Positions 43,701 through 57,616 of a DNA stretch of 64,000 nucleotides are shown here, one piece after another. The notes beneath the pieces were generated by a model that did no database searches, was not told where the DNA came from, and saw nothing but the letters and a program-made list of their open reading frames with translations. The stretch lies in assembly GCA_964304625.1 (NCBI GenBank), contig OZ199839.1, positions 4,978,837 to 5,042,836 on the forward strand, given 5' to 3'. Position numbers and translations under genes: made by a program. Source of the stretch: Kudoa neothunni. Its lineage: Eukaryota; Animalia; Cnidaria. Every line of letters begins with the position of its first letter. The first letter of the stretch is position 1.

Positions 43701-44753
43701 CGGGATAAATTACTCTCCAAATCATTGGGTCTACTATTGAAACAACTCTCCTCAAACAAAAATCACTTGCAGATGGTCATTCATAATATGTCTATGATTG
43801 ATTGTTTGTTCGCATTCGCTATCTTTTCCAATGGTATCTACCATGGTACAATGTGTCGACCTGTTATTATTGGCAGCGATCCTCAAAATTCTTCCCCTTT
43901 TATCCACATCGAACAGGGTTATCATCCTTATTTAGCCTCACTTACCTCAGAATTTGTTTGTAATGATTTTATGCTCGGCAACAATGAAATATCTCATGGA
44001 AATTATACGGGTAAACGCACTATGATCATCACTGGACCTAACATGGGAGGAAAATCAACACTGATGCGTCAAGTCGCCATTATTGTCATTCTCGCTCAAT
44101 TGGGTTGTTATGTGCCTGCCGTCAGCTGTAAACTCACGCCTGTTGATCGAATCTTTGCAAGACTTGGTGCTTCGTTCGATAAACCTTGCAACGGTCAAAG
44201 CACCTTCTATGTGGAACTCCTAGAAACTTCAACTCTGCTCAATCATGCCACAAAAAACTCACTAGTCATTCTGGACGAACTCGGTCGAGGAACTGCTACT
44301 TACGATGGAATGGCCATCGCTGGTGCTGTCCTTGAATTTATTTCCACCAAAATTCAATGTCTCTTACTGTTCTCCACTCATTACCATAGTTTGGTCAGAG
44401 ATTTGACCAACTCGACATTTGGCGCCCACTTCCAGTATTACCAGATGTCATTTGTTATTGATGAACTGAGCAATGTGTCAAACTCCAGCTCTAGAAATAT
44501 TACGATTGTTTTTTTGTATCGATTGATACAAGGAGTCTGCTCCAACAGTTATGGATTCCATGTTGCACGTCTCACCGGTCTCCCTTCTAATATCATCGAG
44601 TCTGGTATCAGTCAAGCGAATTCTTTGGAAAGAAAGTTCTTGACCAAACGTTTACTAGAAACTATCGATTCGTCATCAAATAACAACTCATTTGTTGATG
44701 AGAACCATATTCAAACAATCACCGATCTCTTTAAACGTTTAGTTTCTGTTTAA
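40743..44753 (+). CDS. MSH6: DNA mismatch repair protein MSH6
   Basis: PIP-like MKDLFSYF; degenerate PWWP; TLYVP...TPVLKQWW; FKMGKFYE (Phe-X-Glu); GYKVARVEQTETP; HPDNRAVIF; GPNMGGKST; DELGRGT; FSTHYH. Confidence 0.97.
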
Positions 44754-46234
44754 TTCCGTCTCTAATCTAATATTATCGTTTATTCTCAATTTAACTTAAC
44801 GTTTTTTTCTTCTTTTTAATTTTTAGACAATTTCTTAAATAATATATTGCGCTTTTTGGTCGTTAATAATTCGATATATTATATTTTATTGTGTTTAGTA
44901 TAAGATTGTCGTTTAATTTAGTTAAATATTCACTTTATTTCATTTTTAATGTTATTGATTTTTGTTTTTAAATCTTAAATTAATTATTTTTTATTACGAT
45001 TGCTTAATATATTACTAAATTTTTCCCTCAGCATTTTTTCTTTTTGATAACTGCCGTTATTTTACCGTTAAATAAATTTTTGCGTTTAAGGACTAATATT
45101 CGCTATCATTCGTTTCTAGTATTTTATTTCCCGTAAATTTCTTGGGATAGCGTTTATTCTTTTCAGCCGATATTTCTTTTTCGATTTTGTGTGTTAATCA
45201 TAATAATATTTTCAAAACAGCATTAATGTTATATTCTTTGTATAACTTTAGATACTGCCAAAAATATTCAGTCACGCTAAAAATATAATTTTAATTTTTC
45301 CAATTCAAAATGTGAATGTTTTCGAAAAGAAATCATGAATTATTTAGGAAATTCCAATGATACACATTAGGATGAAAATTAAGAAATTTTATCTTTTTCT
45401 TTAAATATTTAAAGAAAAGCTAACAATTACACCAATTAGTCATCAGTAATCTCAATCGGTAAGACCGGGGATTTTGTCGTCAAATACCGTACATAACAAA
45501 AATTGTATTTTTCATGCGTTTGTCCAAATATACACAAATTTTATGCTAAAATAAGTTTTTTAAGTCTATTTATAATAAATTATAGTCAAGTATTAATATT
45601 AATTAATCTTTCAATGTTATTTAGCAGCGTCATGTGTCAAAACCATATTCATAGATTTATTAAGTAGATTATCTGATAAGCCGCCAACATAAACTAATTC
45701 CTTTAATCTACGCTGTGCATTCGCTCTGTGATCCAGAAAAAGTCGGAAGATATATGAATTCTTGTTTTGGGAATTATTTATCATCTTATTTGTTTATAGA
45801 TATTTAACTTCCTCTTCTATTTTTTTATTTGGTCCTTAAAATACTTTACAAAGTATTATCTCTGTTCTCTAAACAGGGTTTTTAAAAGGCATGGGTGTAA
45901 TAGACAAAATGATTAAAGTTGAGATTTTGCTTATCTTATAATAAATAAAATGAGGATTGATATGGTCGTTGACCTATTTATTTACCGATGGTAAAATTTT
46001 GCGACAATCCCAATCCAAATGAAATATTAAATTTCAGACATTCATAATAAATCATTAATCCTCTATATTGTCACGTGGCCTATGATGAATAATTACTGTA
46101 CGCTATCTCGATCAGTTGCTTTCTAAAACAGCTGAAGTAATTATCCGGTTGACATTTAATAAAAAAACAAATTGGTTTGAATTATTTTTCCTAGCTAACT
46201 AACATTGTAAAAAAATCGACTTAAAGCATTGCAA

Positions 46235-46564
46235 TCCTTATATATATAAAAGAGGACTGTCGGTATGTTTGTGTATATCCCTAAGTACGCATGTGCGGAT
46301 AATTTTTTCCTTATAGAGAGCCATATAGAAAATTTTTATAAATTTGCGATATCTAAAAAAATCGTTCAATTGTTTTCGGACTACGAAAGTTTCCAAAAAG
46401 TATTTATGAAATAGTAATTTTGTCGATTTAAAGTTTGTTTTTCGGATTAAATGAGTTCAACTATAGGATTAGAACTTGCTTATTTCATGGTTATGGTCGG
46501 TTGAAGTTAACTATCTCCTTTATATGCTCCATCATATGTTCATTAACTGCTTCTATCTATCTAT

Positions 46565-46599
<35 letters not shown>

Positions 46600-47294
46600 T
46601 GGCGTTTCTATTTGGGTGTCTGTTTAAACACACTCCTTATTTGCGGAGTTTTAACGTATATGACTTGATAAGTATATTTTATAAGTTCTATTAATGGTTT
46701 TAAATGTGGTAAAAAATCTATATATGTTTCATAAATAACGAATTCGTGGAGAACGTTAAAGTTACGTTGATTGAAGCGTTATAATGGAAATACTGCGTTC
46801 ATAGGTTTCATTAAATTGTCCGCTAAGTTTTACTTTATGTGATTAAATTCAATGCGGATGGTTGTACTTTTATTTCACCAAATTATTTAAATTGTTTATG
46901 TTGAAATCGACGCAATTTGTGGTTGTTTATGATAAAAGCGCATGTATGTTTATGCCGAGTTAAACAATGCTAATTTTAACAATATCGATTAATTTTCATA
47001 AGTTTTCTTCTATCTCTTTTATTTTTTCTATTTTTTTATCTCTTAAAAAGTTAGTGGTGCACCCAGTTATCGAGCCACGAAATTTTTAAATGGACGCCGG
47101 GATTGATACTTTCCTTCACAGAAAATATAATAATTTAAATTACATAATCCAAATCGTTATAGTAAGTTGATTAAAAATTTTTAGTTATTTTGTTTCTATG
47201 GGTTAATTCGAGATTTCAATATATTTTTTGAATGCTATTAGAAAATGCCTCTAGGTGAAATCTTCCCCAAGCAACGCTGGGCAGTTCCAGCTAG
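46235..47294 (+). mobile_element. Non-autonomous Helitron, apparently composite
   Basis: 5' TC start (TCCTTATATATATAAAAG) after an A; 3' hairpin CCCAAGCAACGCTGGG then CTAG followed by T; second 5'-like start near 46552. Confidence 0.7.
46567..46595. repeat. (TA)n microsatellite within the Helitron
   Basis: About 14 TA units after (TCTA)3. Confidence 0.9.
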
Positions 47295-48417
47295 TATAAT
47301 ATAAATTACTTCTATTTATAGTACGAAGCATGTTTTTTTTATTTCCTAAACTGTAACGATTATTCAGTTAAATTTCTTTTATCACTTCACAATGATTTTT
47401 TATGATCTATATGTATGAGTTTAAATAAAAACAAATTATAATAAAAATTAATATAAAAAACAAAAATGAAATTTATTCAGTGATTTTACAATATTTTCGA
47501 TTTTATTTTTATAATTAAAGTTTATAGCAAGATAATGCGTGATATATTAAAAACCAAAAACTTGCTTGGCTTGTTGTTGCGATAATAATATGCTACATTG
47601 GAAACCTATAAATTGAAGTAATTACAAAATCAATATATTTAATGTTATTTAACAAAATACACAGATATTTTGTTATAAGTAAGTTATATCCATGTTACAT
47701 GCAAACGACGTATAAACTTTAAATCATTTTATACCTATTTGCACAAGAATTTTAATTTTATGCACAAAGACAAAACATTTAAATATTTATTTTATCCACA
47801 TATTGTTGCTTTATATAATGGTTTATACGTAAAATAAAAATTAAATTTAACCAAAAATGTGTTTTCGTTAATCCTCGTTAAATCACTCTACGACTTATTC
47901 CTTCTATAAATTTCCTTGTTGACTCTGACATTGTATTATTTTCTTAAGTAATATTTATCACAATTTTAAAATAAGTGTAAAAAATCGCAACTTAGCGTTA
48001 GGAGTCGATTTTTAAAGGTTGTTCACTTATGCGCATTTTCCTCATCCACCGCAAATCTTGAAATATATCCCATCGAGGATACATTTTTATTTTAAAAAGA
48101 AATTGTAATGAATTATAAATTATAAATCGCAAAATAAAGATGCATAGAGACTTCTTTTAGCCTTTAAGAATTAAGTTTAAATTTTCATGTCAAATCAATA
48201 CCGGAATACCTTAGTTTGCGGTTAATGGAAATTTTTTCTATTTATTTAATAGCGCTAGGTAAACAAAGAGAAGTTTATATGTTTAAGTACAAAATATACA
48301 TATTATTTTAATCCAATTACGGTTGATATCCATAAGCGAAAAACATTGTCCAAAGAATGTCTCCGACTGCTGAAAATAACCTTTTGGATTATGCTCAGTC
48401 AACTTGTTTGAAGCGTT

Positions 48418-48576
48418 TCACATATCTCCTCTAATAATCTTTTTGGCCAAATCATTTAGTGTTGATTTAGAAATCCCTAAATCCTCGGAAACTTCTTTCT
48501 GACTTTTTCCCTTGTTAACGACAAGATAGCAAGCAAGAGCTCTCTTATCTTCAGGATGATGCATTTTTATTGACAT
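48418..48576 (-). pseudogene. Transposase N-terminal HTH fragment (Tc1/pogo/psq-like), 52 aa
   Basis: MSIKMHHPEDKRALACYLVVNKGKSQKEVSEDLGISKSTLNDLAKK is a typical HTH; no catalytic domain follows. Confidence 0.55.
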
Positions 48577-49219
48577 ATTGAATACCGCTTGATTTAGATG
48601 CAGTTTCTATTGCGACGAATTCGTTTTTGGATGCAAAAATCGGCACTAATAGTTAATAATTATCATAAATAGTATTTGGGCGAATTAAAATATTAACGAG
48701 AACTTAAAAAAATGTTAACCTTTTAGAATGGGGTTTAGGTGTGTAATCACCGCTAGAATCCTCAATCCTTATTATTAAATGCGTTTAATAATTTCAAAAA
48801 ATAAATATATGCACAATTTAAATTCCGAGTTCAATTTTTGTATCTCAACGAATCAACTAAATTTTTTATTTTTAGAAAACATGTTTACTTTTGGTGGAGT
48901 TTAAAAATAAAATATGGATAATGTCCGAAAATTCCCGATGCAGATTAATTGAATTGATTTTGGCGTGATTAATTTCAAGAGTATTTTGTATTTCCTCTTA
49001 AATTCTATGAAGTTTTTCACATTGAAAACTTTGTGAATATTTTAATTATTTTATATTATATCAACAAAATGTTTTTTATTAAAACTTAATTATCGCTTGA
49101 ATACCGTTTTTACCATGAGATAATAACGAGACCAGCGCAACTACGCCAATATAAGTAAGAAAAATGAGTACCAGTCGATTGTTACAAATAAATATAATTT
49201 TTATTTACAATAAAATTTG

Positions 49220-51848
49220 TTATTTTGTAGTTCGGTTTGTCAAAATACCCACCAAAACAGATAAGCTATCAATCCAAGAAATATCTTCAAAGTTGAATGT
49301 AGATTCTGCAGAATATTCTATGATAGTGTTAACCTTGAGATTCAAGTTTAAAGTATCTAATTTGGGAAGTATTTTTTGATTAGATATTGCCACTCCAGAG
49401 CCATTTAATTGGTCCGATGGTGGTTTTCTGTGGAAGTACACCATAACAGTTAATGTATGGTCGGAGGCGTATTCAACTGGTGATTTGTTCTCCAAGATCA
49501 ATTGAAGTTTTCTAAATAAGTTTCAATAAATTATTTAAAAAACAATAACAAGCACCCGTTAGGAACAAGATGTTCATTATCAAAGAAAGAAGGTTCGGGA
49601 GATAGAGTAAAATTTGGCAGAACAACATCAAAAAAGGTTTTATTCTTGTCGCTATTTTTCGAAAAACACAACTCATTAGAGTTCAAGAATCCCTCAATGA
49701 ATTTTTCCTTTGTTTTCCACAACAAAAAGTCCAATGAATTTTCCATAAAAGTTTGATTATTTGAAATAGTGCTGAATGAACTGCAAGCGTCAGAGATAAA
49801 AACTGCTTGGTTATTAGAATGGTCAGTTTCAATCATTAGATTACATCTATAAATCATAAAAACAGATCTCAAACCAACTACAGAAATGTTTACTTGTGTT
49901 TTTTCAAATAAGAAGGAACACAAATGGTTAAATTGATTTTATTTAATTCGTTTCGATTATTTACGGCTGAAAGAAAAGGTAAGGTTGAAATGTAGGACAA
50001 CGATTTATTTCCTTGGGAGTATTTGATGTTTGAATAAGGAGGAGATAAACGATTTGATATAGCCGCTTTTAACCTATTAGATTGGATAGATATTAAAAAG
50101 TGTTCAAAGTAATGTTTAATGAAAACCATTTGCTATATTTTTGATTGTGAACCACGTTGCTAAGTAAATCTATAAGATTTTCTGACTTTTTACGTCTACA
50201 TTTAGATGTGAGAAGTTATGGCATTAAGATTGAAATACGCTTTTAACCCATTGAATTTAGCTATAAGATTATCCAACGCATTGAAGTCGCGCTGAATAAT
50301 AGCGAAACGTTTTGACAAGTTGGACAACTGTCGGGATTCTTTTATTCTTTCATCACATAGCAAGAATGAATAAGCTTCAATGTTATCTGCTAGAGTACAT
50401 AATGAACAAACGGAATGTTCCTATAGTGACAACAATTAGATTTCTAGCCCCCACACTGTAGTAACTGACTTCGAGACAATAACATTTATGAGAACCTAAA
50501 GAGTCGGTCATATCTGGTGACTTTTTGGAAGGAACCAACGAAAAAATAAGCGAAATATCAGCTCCCACAATCTACTCAATAGTTCAATATGTCCTTGACT
50601 ACAACTATCTGTTACTGGAACACGAACACAATCCAAAGAGTCAACAAGAACTCCATACTCTGCAGCGTCGCTAGCAATCTACATTTTTATGTCTTAAACA
50701 GTTTATCGAAGGAAATTACAATTCTAAAAATATGTTTTAAATAGGCTATATTTTTTGAAAAAAACAATTTGTATATAGCGCTATCTTTGTTGTAGCGAGA
50801 AATAATTAATTTCGACACTTTGGAGTGATGAAACGATGATTGATGCACTACAATCAATTGCATTCAAGTTAGTTTATTTAATCAAAAATAATTATACATA
50901 TCGTGCAATTTTGCTCCGGAATATAACGTTCAATAGTCACAAGAAAATGGCATTTTTTCAAAAAATCTGGTACAACGTCACAGATTAAAGATGACGAATT
51001 CGGAATCGCTGATTCGTCATCGATTTTTTTAAATTTTAGATTAAACGTTGTCAGACGTTTTTTTGATTCGTCACAATCTATGACAAATCAAAATTCTAAC
51101 TTGGTTATCTCCAAAAATACCATCAGAATAGAAATGTCCAACGTATTTGTTCCCTGATTTTTGAATGTGAAACTTACTTTTGATAAGTAATAACTCTTGG
51201 AAGGTTTCTCTCGAATGGATGATTCGGTGAAATCCTTGTTTCTTTATGTTGAATTGTTGGAATATCTTTACCACTCTGGCAGCCATCTATAAACTATTCT
51301 TAAAAAGTGTTTAAAAAGCAAGAAAACTTTTTGAGTGTGTTTATAGTTGATAGTTAATTGTGCGGTAGATTCCAAAGGAGACGGTTCCTGCTCATTTTTT
51401 GCCACAATTTGCTGCTCATCGTATTCATTTCGTTTGATTTTCATGTAATCGTTATAACTGATCAACCAAAGACTGTCACATAAAATATTTGTCTCCAACA
51501 AGGTATTTCTAAGATATTTAAGTCTCCTAGAATTCACTTATAAATACTGTAGCGATTCGACAATCGATTGTTTAATGCGTAGATTGGAATCGTGTGTGTC
51601 TTCTTGAATAAGGCGATAATCATCTTTTTGTATTTCACTTCTAGAATTATTCTGACCGTTATTGGACAATGATTTATTTTCGTGGGTAACAGTTTTCAAA
51701 TATTTCTGGATATTTTTCAGTTTTTCGTCCACTTCTGAGCGCTCGCTTCAAAAACATTCATAAAATGCATATATAACTCCCAAAGTTACACCCATATTAT
51801 TTGACCGGAATCGTCGTAATAATCAACAAATTTGTCATGTTCGTCCAT
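49220..51848 (-). CDS. Uncharacterised multi-exon protein
   Basis: Chain of same-strand ORFs separated by short GT-AG introns; plausible start MDEHDKFVDYYDDS|EVDEKLKNIQ; GCGTGCGCGTGCGC motif about 40 bp upstream; no family recognised; internal exon borders uncertain. Confidence 0.65.
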
Positions 51849-52100
51849 TAGGAAGATAGTTTAATGCTTGTGAGATTTTTAGTTGCGTGCGCGTGCGCAT
51901 AACAGAGCGGTTTGTGCTTAAATTTGTTAAGTTGGCTATTTTCTACTATGCTTAAACTAATTTTAGAGTAAGATTTAAATTTTAATGCTTTATTAAAGCG
52001 TTGGCTTTGATAGTTAGTTTAATTTTTGAACTAATCCAAAAGTAAATTATATTATTTTAATATAAAATATTTTTCATATTTTTAATTAAATAAAATAAAA

Positions 52101-52133
52101 TTGGATTGGGATGGGATGGGATGGGATGGGATG
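52101..52133 (+). repeat. (GGGAT)5 pentanucleotide repeat, G-quadruplex candidate
   Basis: ttggattGGGatGGGatGGGatGGGatGGGatg. Confidence 0.85.
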
Positions 52134-52869
52134 ATTTTGATGCTAACGAACAGAAACGGGGAATTATGCGCACGCACACTCATGATTATTGGGTAGTTTA
52201 GTTGGTAAAGTACGGATTTAATATATCTGTAATTATGATGGATACAATTTCTTGTACATTACATATTTTTATGTAAAAAATAAGGGATTACAAGTTTTTT
52301 TAATATTTATTATTTAATTGTTGATAAAAAATTAAATTTTTAAGTTTAATTTAATTTAATACGAAATTGTCGATTAATTGATACACCTTTTTATGAAATA
52401 ACTGTTTGAATTATCGTTGTTAATTAAATTGAGCATAAATATGAATTACTTAAAAATCTTTTATGTGATTGTTTTATATTATTTTATACAATAAATGAAT
52501 CTAATAAATCACAAAATCCATAAAAAAATTACATTGGATTAAGTATATATATAGATTTTTGAAAACAGGTATTTTTCGATTGCGATTTTTATATAGATAC
52601 AGACTATAAAAAACAAGCTAATTTGACTATTATTGTTTAATGTATTTATGATAGTTTTGTGAGATTTGAGCTAGAAATTGTAAATTTAAGTGGATAATGT
52701 AAGTAGATTTGTTTTGAATCATAGAGATATTAATGTTGAAAATACGAAGTTAATCGTAAATAATTCAAAATTCCATGGAAAAATAATAGATTTGATGACT
52801 TAATATGTATAATAATTATTTGGAACTGAACAGTAAGATAGACTATGGCTGTGGATTTTCATTAGTGTT

Positions 52870-54399
52870 TTAGGCTTGCTCTAGTTCTATCAGCACACCT
52901 GAACATTGATTGGGATGAATGAAAACCACTGATTTTCCATGGGCACCAATCTAGTCAAAATCATTTGAAAAATTATTCACTGTGCACAATCTACTTTGGG
53001 TTCATTAGACAATAAGATCACTTTATTATTTCTAAGGTCTTTTATTGCGTTTTCAATGTTGTCAACCTTAATAGAGAATATTTAGTAGACCTCATGCATT
53101 TTACTTAACACAAATAAAAAACTTTAGAAGGCACTATAAATTAGTATAATAAATTTTTGGTAATAATAATAATAATAATGATAGGTTTAGAAAGCATAAT
53201 AATTTTATAGATAAAATTACGACTGAGATATAAAAATTTAATTATTGTTATCTTATTTTTCGATTTTCTAAATAGTTGAAAAATAACATTGATAAAATAA
53301 TAAACTTTAGAGAGAAAAAATTTGTATTTATTTGTATAAGAAGAGTTTTTAAGATTATAAATGTTAATGTAAGCATACGTGATGAATTTTAGGGGGAAAA
53401 AAATAAAACATTCTGAATTATACATGCCGGGATAATATTAAAAAAATTTTCTATTTGGATTAGTAGATATGAATATTTAGTTTAAATATAGTAATTGGCT
53501 CAAAGATAACTAAAAATCTAACCCAAAATAAATAGATTAATGGGGTTTCTAAATAAATTGGTGTTTACTTTAGAATTAAATCATATTTCTTGGATCTATA
53601 TTCAAAATTAAATAATTTATTAAAGCCTATTTTAAGTAATTAAAGATTAATAATTTTAGACTAATATTATTAAGATGCGCAATCATAAACTGAAATAAAC
53701 TCCTAAATACAATTATTTATTTTAGAATTCAAAACATATTAGAAATTAGTGATAAGTGTATATTTTTGTAAATTTCACAAAAAAATGAAAACTTTTTTGG
53801 AGTCTTTTATTTATGTAAAATAGAATATTTCAACATTCCTATAAATGATGCTACATTAATTTAAAAAATATATTTATCGATATTAAAAGTTAAAAAATGA
53901 ACGTACTTCAAAGCATAAATGATGAATTCCACCATCTTTTACTCGGCTAAGGTATTTAGTTATTGGACTTTTGTCACCGATAGGGTCCAACAACTTTGAT
54001 GCCAATTAATTTAAAATAGTTGTTAACGGTACCTCAATTTTTGTATTGTTCACATCTACGAAAACTGTGCGAACTCCGTGTTCAGGGAGGTCCTACGTTA
54101 TGGAACATTGAGAGTGCGAATATGAAGAATATACTTGTATTTCTGATGCTGTGGAGTGAAAGGTTTTTCCGAATAGAGTTTTTGTTTGATCTTGAAAATC
54201 TTAGAAAAGCATTTTTTAAAATTACCTAAATTTTTGGTGGCGATGGCGACATGATTCAACTTAACTATTTTCCAGGAGCAGTTTTTCGAGGTTGTGGCGA
54301 ATCGAAACGTCCCAAACAACTATGTGTTTAAATAGTGCCTATAAGCAGATAAACAATTACATTAAGGCGAGGAATCAATCTGTAGCTATGAAAAATCAT
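52870..54399 (-). CDS. MCEE: Methylmalonyl-CoA epimerase, mitochondrial
   Basis: Spliced: MIFHSYRLIPRLN|LFGTFRF (presequence-like) LNHVAIAT...LPEHGVRTVFV...KIE|LLDP...GGIHHLCFE|VDNI...|IGAHGKSVVFIHP...GVLIELEQA*. Confidence 0.95.
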
Positions 54400-54890
54400 T
54401 GTCCAGTTTTTCAATTCAAACGGGAATAAAATTGGAACCTATTGAGACGAAAGCTAAATCGTCTCAATGGAGCTTAAGTTTGGGAATACAATTCAACTCA
54501 ATAACTTTTTCTTTAGATAACAAAATGTTTTCTCTAACTTTACGTTTTTACAACACTTACGAACAATAAAAAATAAAATATTTCATATTGTTCAAATTTT
54601 AATTATTTCTATTTAATTTTTTTATTTTAGCAAATAATCTAAAATGAAATAAATAAGATTGTAAAAATAGCTATTTAAAAAAATTATCGCTAAAACGGAT
54701 GGAAAAAACTATCGAATTTACATTTACACAAGTGCGGTACAATGATTTTTCGGCCAAATTATTCAATTTCGTATGAAAATTTTCAATCTGGTAAAACAAT
54801 AAAGTTTATAATTTAATTAAAAACTACTCAAGTTAATTCATAATTTATTATTTATTTTAATTAATAACCGGAAAAATAAAGTTAAGAATA

Positions 54891-56884
54891 CAGTAAGGTC
54901 TTGGGTCTCGATATTGCGAAGTTCGATATCGATTTAGGGTAGTGAGCAGTTTTTTTTAATTTCTGCACTCAACATTGTAAAATTTTAGATGTATATACTC
55001 TTTTAATTTAATGTGTCACCAAAAAAATAAGAAATAACATTTATTCAACGCAATTTTGGTAAAATTCAAGGTCTTGCTATTGGGCAGTAGTTACTTCAAA
55101 ATTCAATCCGATTAATCCACTAAATTACACATTCGAACTTTCGGTATAGTGAGGTAAGAAAGAAATTTTGACTATAACTTGAAATTATTTTACATTATGT
55201 TTCAATTAGATCAATCTGAAACTCTAATAAATGACTTTAACGCGCCATAGAATATCATATGTTCAGTTATTGTGAGTTTTATTCAAATTCGAATAGGTTA
55301 TCTTTATCTAAATAGAATTTTATCTAATAAATCTGATATAATGAATTCTATTGTTACTTCTGTTCGCAAAAGGATTATAAATGCAAAGTATGTCCAACTT
55401 GAAATTGATTTATATGACCGGGTAATGTCAGAACACCAAAAAAAGAAAAATACTATAGAGTTTTTGCCCACCGAAAGGACAAAACTTTTTTCTGAGGGTC
55501 TTAATCTTCCAAGTAAAATGGGATAGATTTCTACCCCAAGTGAATTTTGCCAACATTATAGCGTATTAATGGAACTTAACTCCCTCCAATGTTTGTAATC
55601 ATTTATCTTTATAAAAGCTTTCAGACAAATAAATTGAAAATTTTTTTTTACCATATACCAAAAAAGTTAATGTAAAAACACCTTCCAATAAAACTGGGGT
55701 AGAAATCTACACTACATTTTCCTTTCATAAAATTATTTAAAATATCGATAAATGTCATTTTTAAAAATTTACGGAAATTCTATCGAGTAAATAATGAAAA
55801 AATAACTTAACACCATGCTTGCAATGCCCTCCCGCATGCGCAACATCGATATAAGAATGTCGTCCTTTCCTGAATACAACGATAGCTCTTCCTCGATTTG
55901 CTTAGTTCTGTGTTATAGAAAGAGTTCAAAAACATATATGATCACTTTTTTATGAAATAAGCCCTGTTTGTTATCATTTTGTGGTTTTCTGCGCAGTATC
56001 ATACTGCGTTGTTTAAAATACGATAAATAAATTGGCAGCTGTTATGAAACTCGAATTAAATATTAAAACTAAAAAACGCACAAACACACCTATAAATACA
56101 ATCATACTCCAAAGAGACGTAACACCATAAATGCATGCGCAAGCACACAGAATAAACTTTAGTGATTGGTCATTTATTCGTAATTTAATCGATGAGTTTC
56201 CCTCATATTTTGTCAGTAAATGCTGAAATTTATTTGGAGGGTGTGAATTTTTCAGCTACTTAGAAGGTTAAAATCACTGGTGTCAGTTAGAGCAAAGGCT
56301 AGCTTAAAAATTTCAAGAGCTGCTTTTGCTTTAAAAATTCACTCTCCACAGAGAAGCGCGGAACATTTCTGATAATATTGTTTATGATTAGGTAAACAAA
56401 TTTTATGAGTTAAAAAGTAGTTATGAAAAAGAAAATATATTCAGTTGCTTTAAGAAAAGTTCTTTTTTATAAACAATGGACCCAACGAACATATGCAATA
56501 AAGAATAATTAGAATGAAATGGAAAAACTCGTCATCGCGTTATAGACTGATTAATTTACAGGAAAAAAAATCCCCCACGTAAGGTCATTGTTAATTTAAT
56601 GAAACCCACTGTTTTAAAGGAATTAATAATTTACCTATTAAATACCATGATCAAAAAAATCTCTATCAAAAGTTCGCGAAAGAAAGATGAAAGTTCTTAT
56701 ATTGTTGGATCGATTATCTTCACCTTCTTAATTAAATAATAAAAAAAATTAGATAATTTTTTCGTTAAAACATTCAAATTAATTCTTATGACGCATGCGC
56801 GAAACTCAATATTTGGGGGGTGATTCCTTATTGGGTGGTAAAAGTCCAGGCGCCGATTAAGTGTGCAATATCGAGACCTTACGG
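54891..56884 (+). mobile_element. pogo/Tigger DNA transposon, decayed, with nested insertion
   Basis: TA on both sides; TIR C(A/C)GTAAGGTCT[..]CGATATTGC; CENP-B-like HTH RKRIINAKYVQLEIDLYD; SKG*LKNFK (cf. ASxGWLxxFK); YEKENIFSC and LFYKQWTQRT. Confidence 0.85.
55513..55722. mobile_element. MITE nested in the pogo element
   Basis: Perfect 15-bp inverted repeat TAGATTTCTACCCCA (55524-55538 / 55695-55709), extending imperfectly outward. Confidence 0.65.
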
Positions 56885-57616
56885 TAAAATGTTATATTTT
56901 AGTTTCAAAATTAACAACACCATTAACAAACCATAGTGTGACTTCTGTAAAAATAAAATATGATGATTATAAATAAAATTTTTAGAATCTTTAACATTTT
57001 TCAAAATTCACTCAGAATATAATAATTGTTGATAAGTATTATAATTTTTCTTCACTTTTTTATTTCTTTACATATTTAATTTCCAAAGAACCACGAAAAA
57101 AAATCCTAAAATACACATATCAACATACATTTTTTTAAATTTTATAAAACAAAAGATTTTTGTATTAAATTAAATATCATTATTTTAACCAAAATTAATA
57201 ATAAATATTTTATCTCATTTAAGCATTAGACGATATATTCATAGGTATTTATCCAAAATTTATTTAATAATCAAAAAATTTTCTAAATTATTTAGGCGAA
57301 AATTAATCTAATCCCTATGTATCAAAAATCCCAAACCTGTATAAACTCAACAAATGTTGTCAATATTTACTATATTCGTAAGATTTAGCATTCGCTTGTA
57401 TAAAGTGATATCAAGTAACCAAAAATTAATAAGATTAAACAATGCAATACTTAGAAACTAATGTCGAATCAATATTAAAAGTTAATTTTATATCTTTCAA
57501 TTAAATATGAAAGTAATTTATTTATTATTAATTTAATAAATACCACAATTAGAATTGGAATAAAGGAAAAAACGAATAAACTTATATCTTTTCCCATACG
57601 CATGCGTATTGATAAA

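Noticed and set aside
51527-51547. Apparent 21-nt micro-intron or TAA readthrough between two abutting ORFs
   Set aside because: A downstream AG gives a 39-nt intron of the same phase, within the local size range
52101-52133. Interstitial telomere repeat
   Set aside because: The unit is GGGAT, not TTAGGG/TTAGG, and there are only five copies
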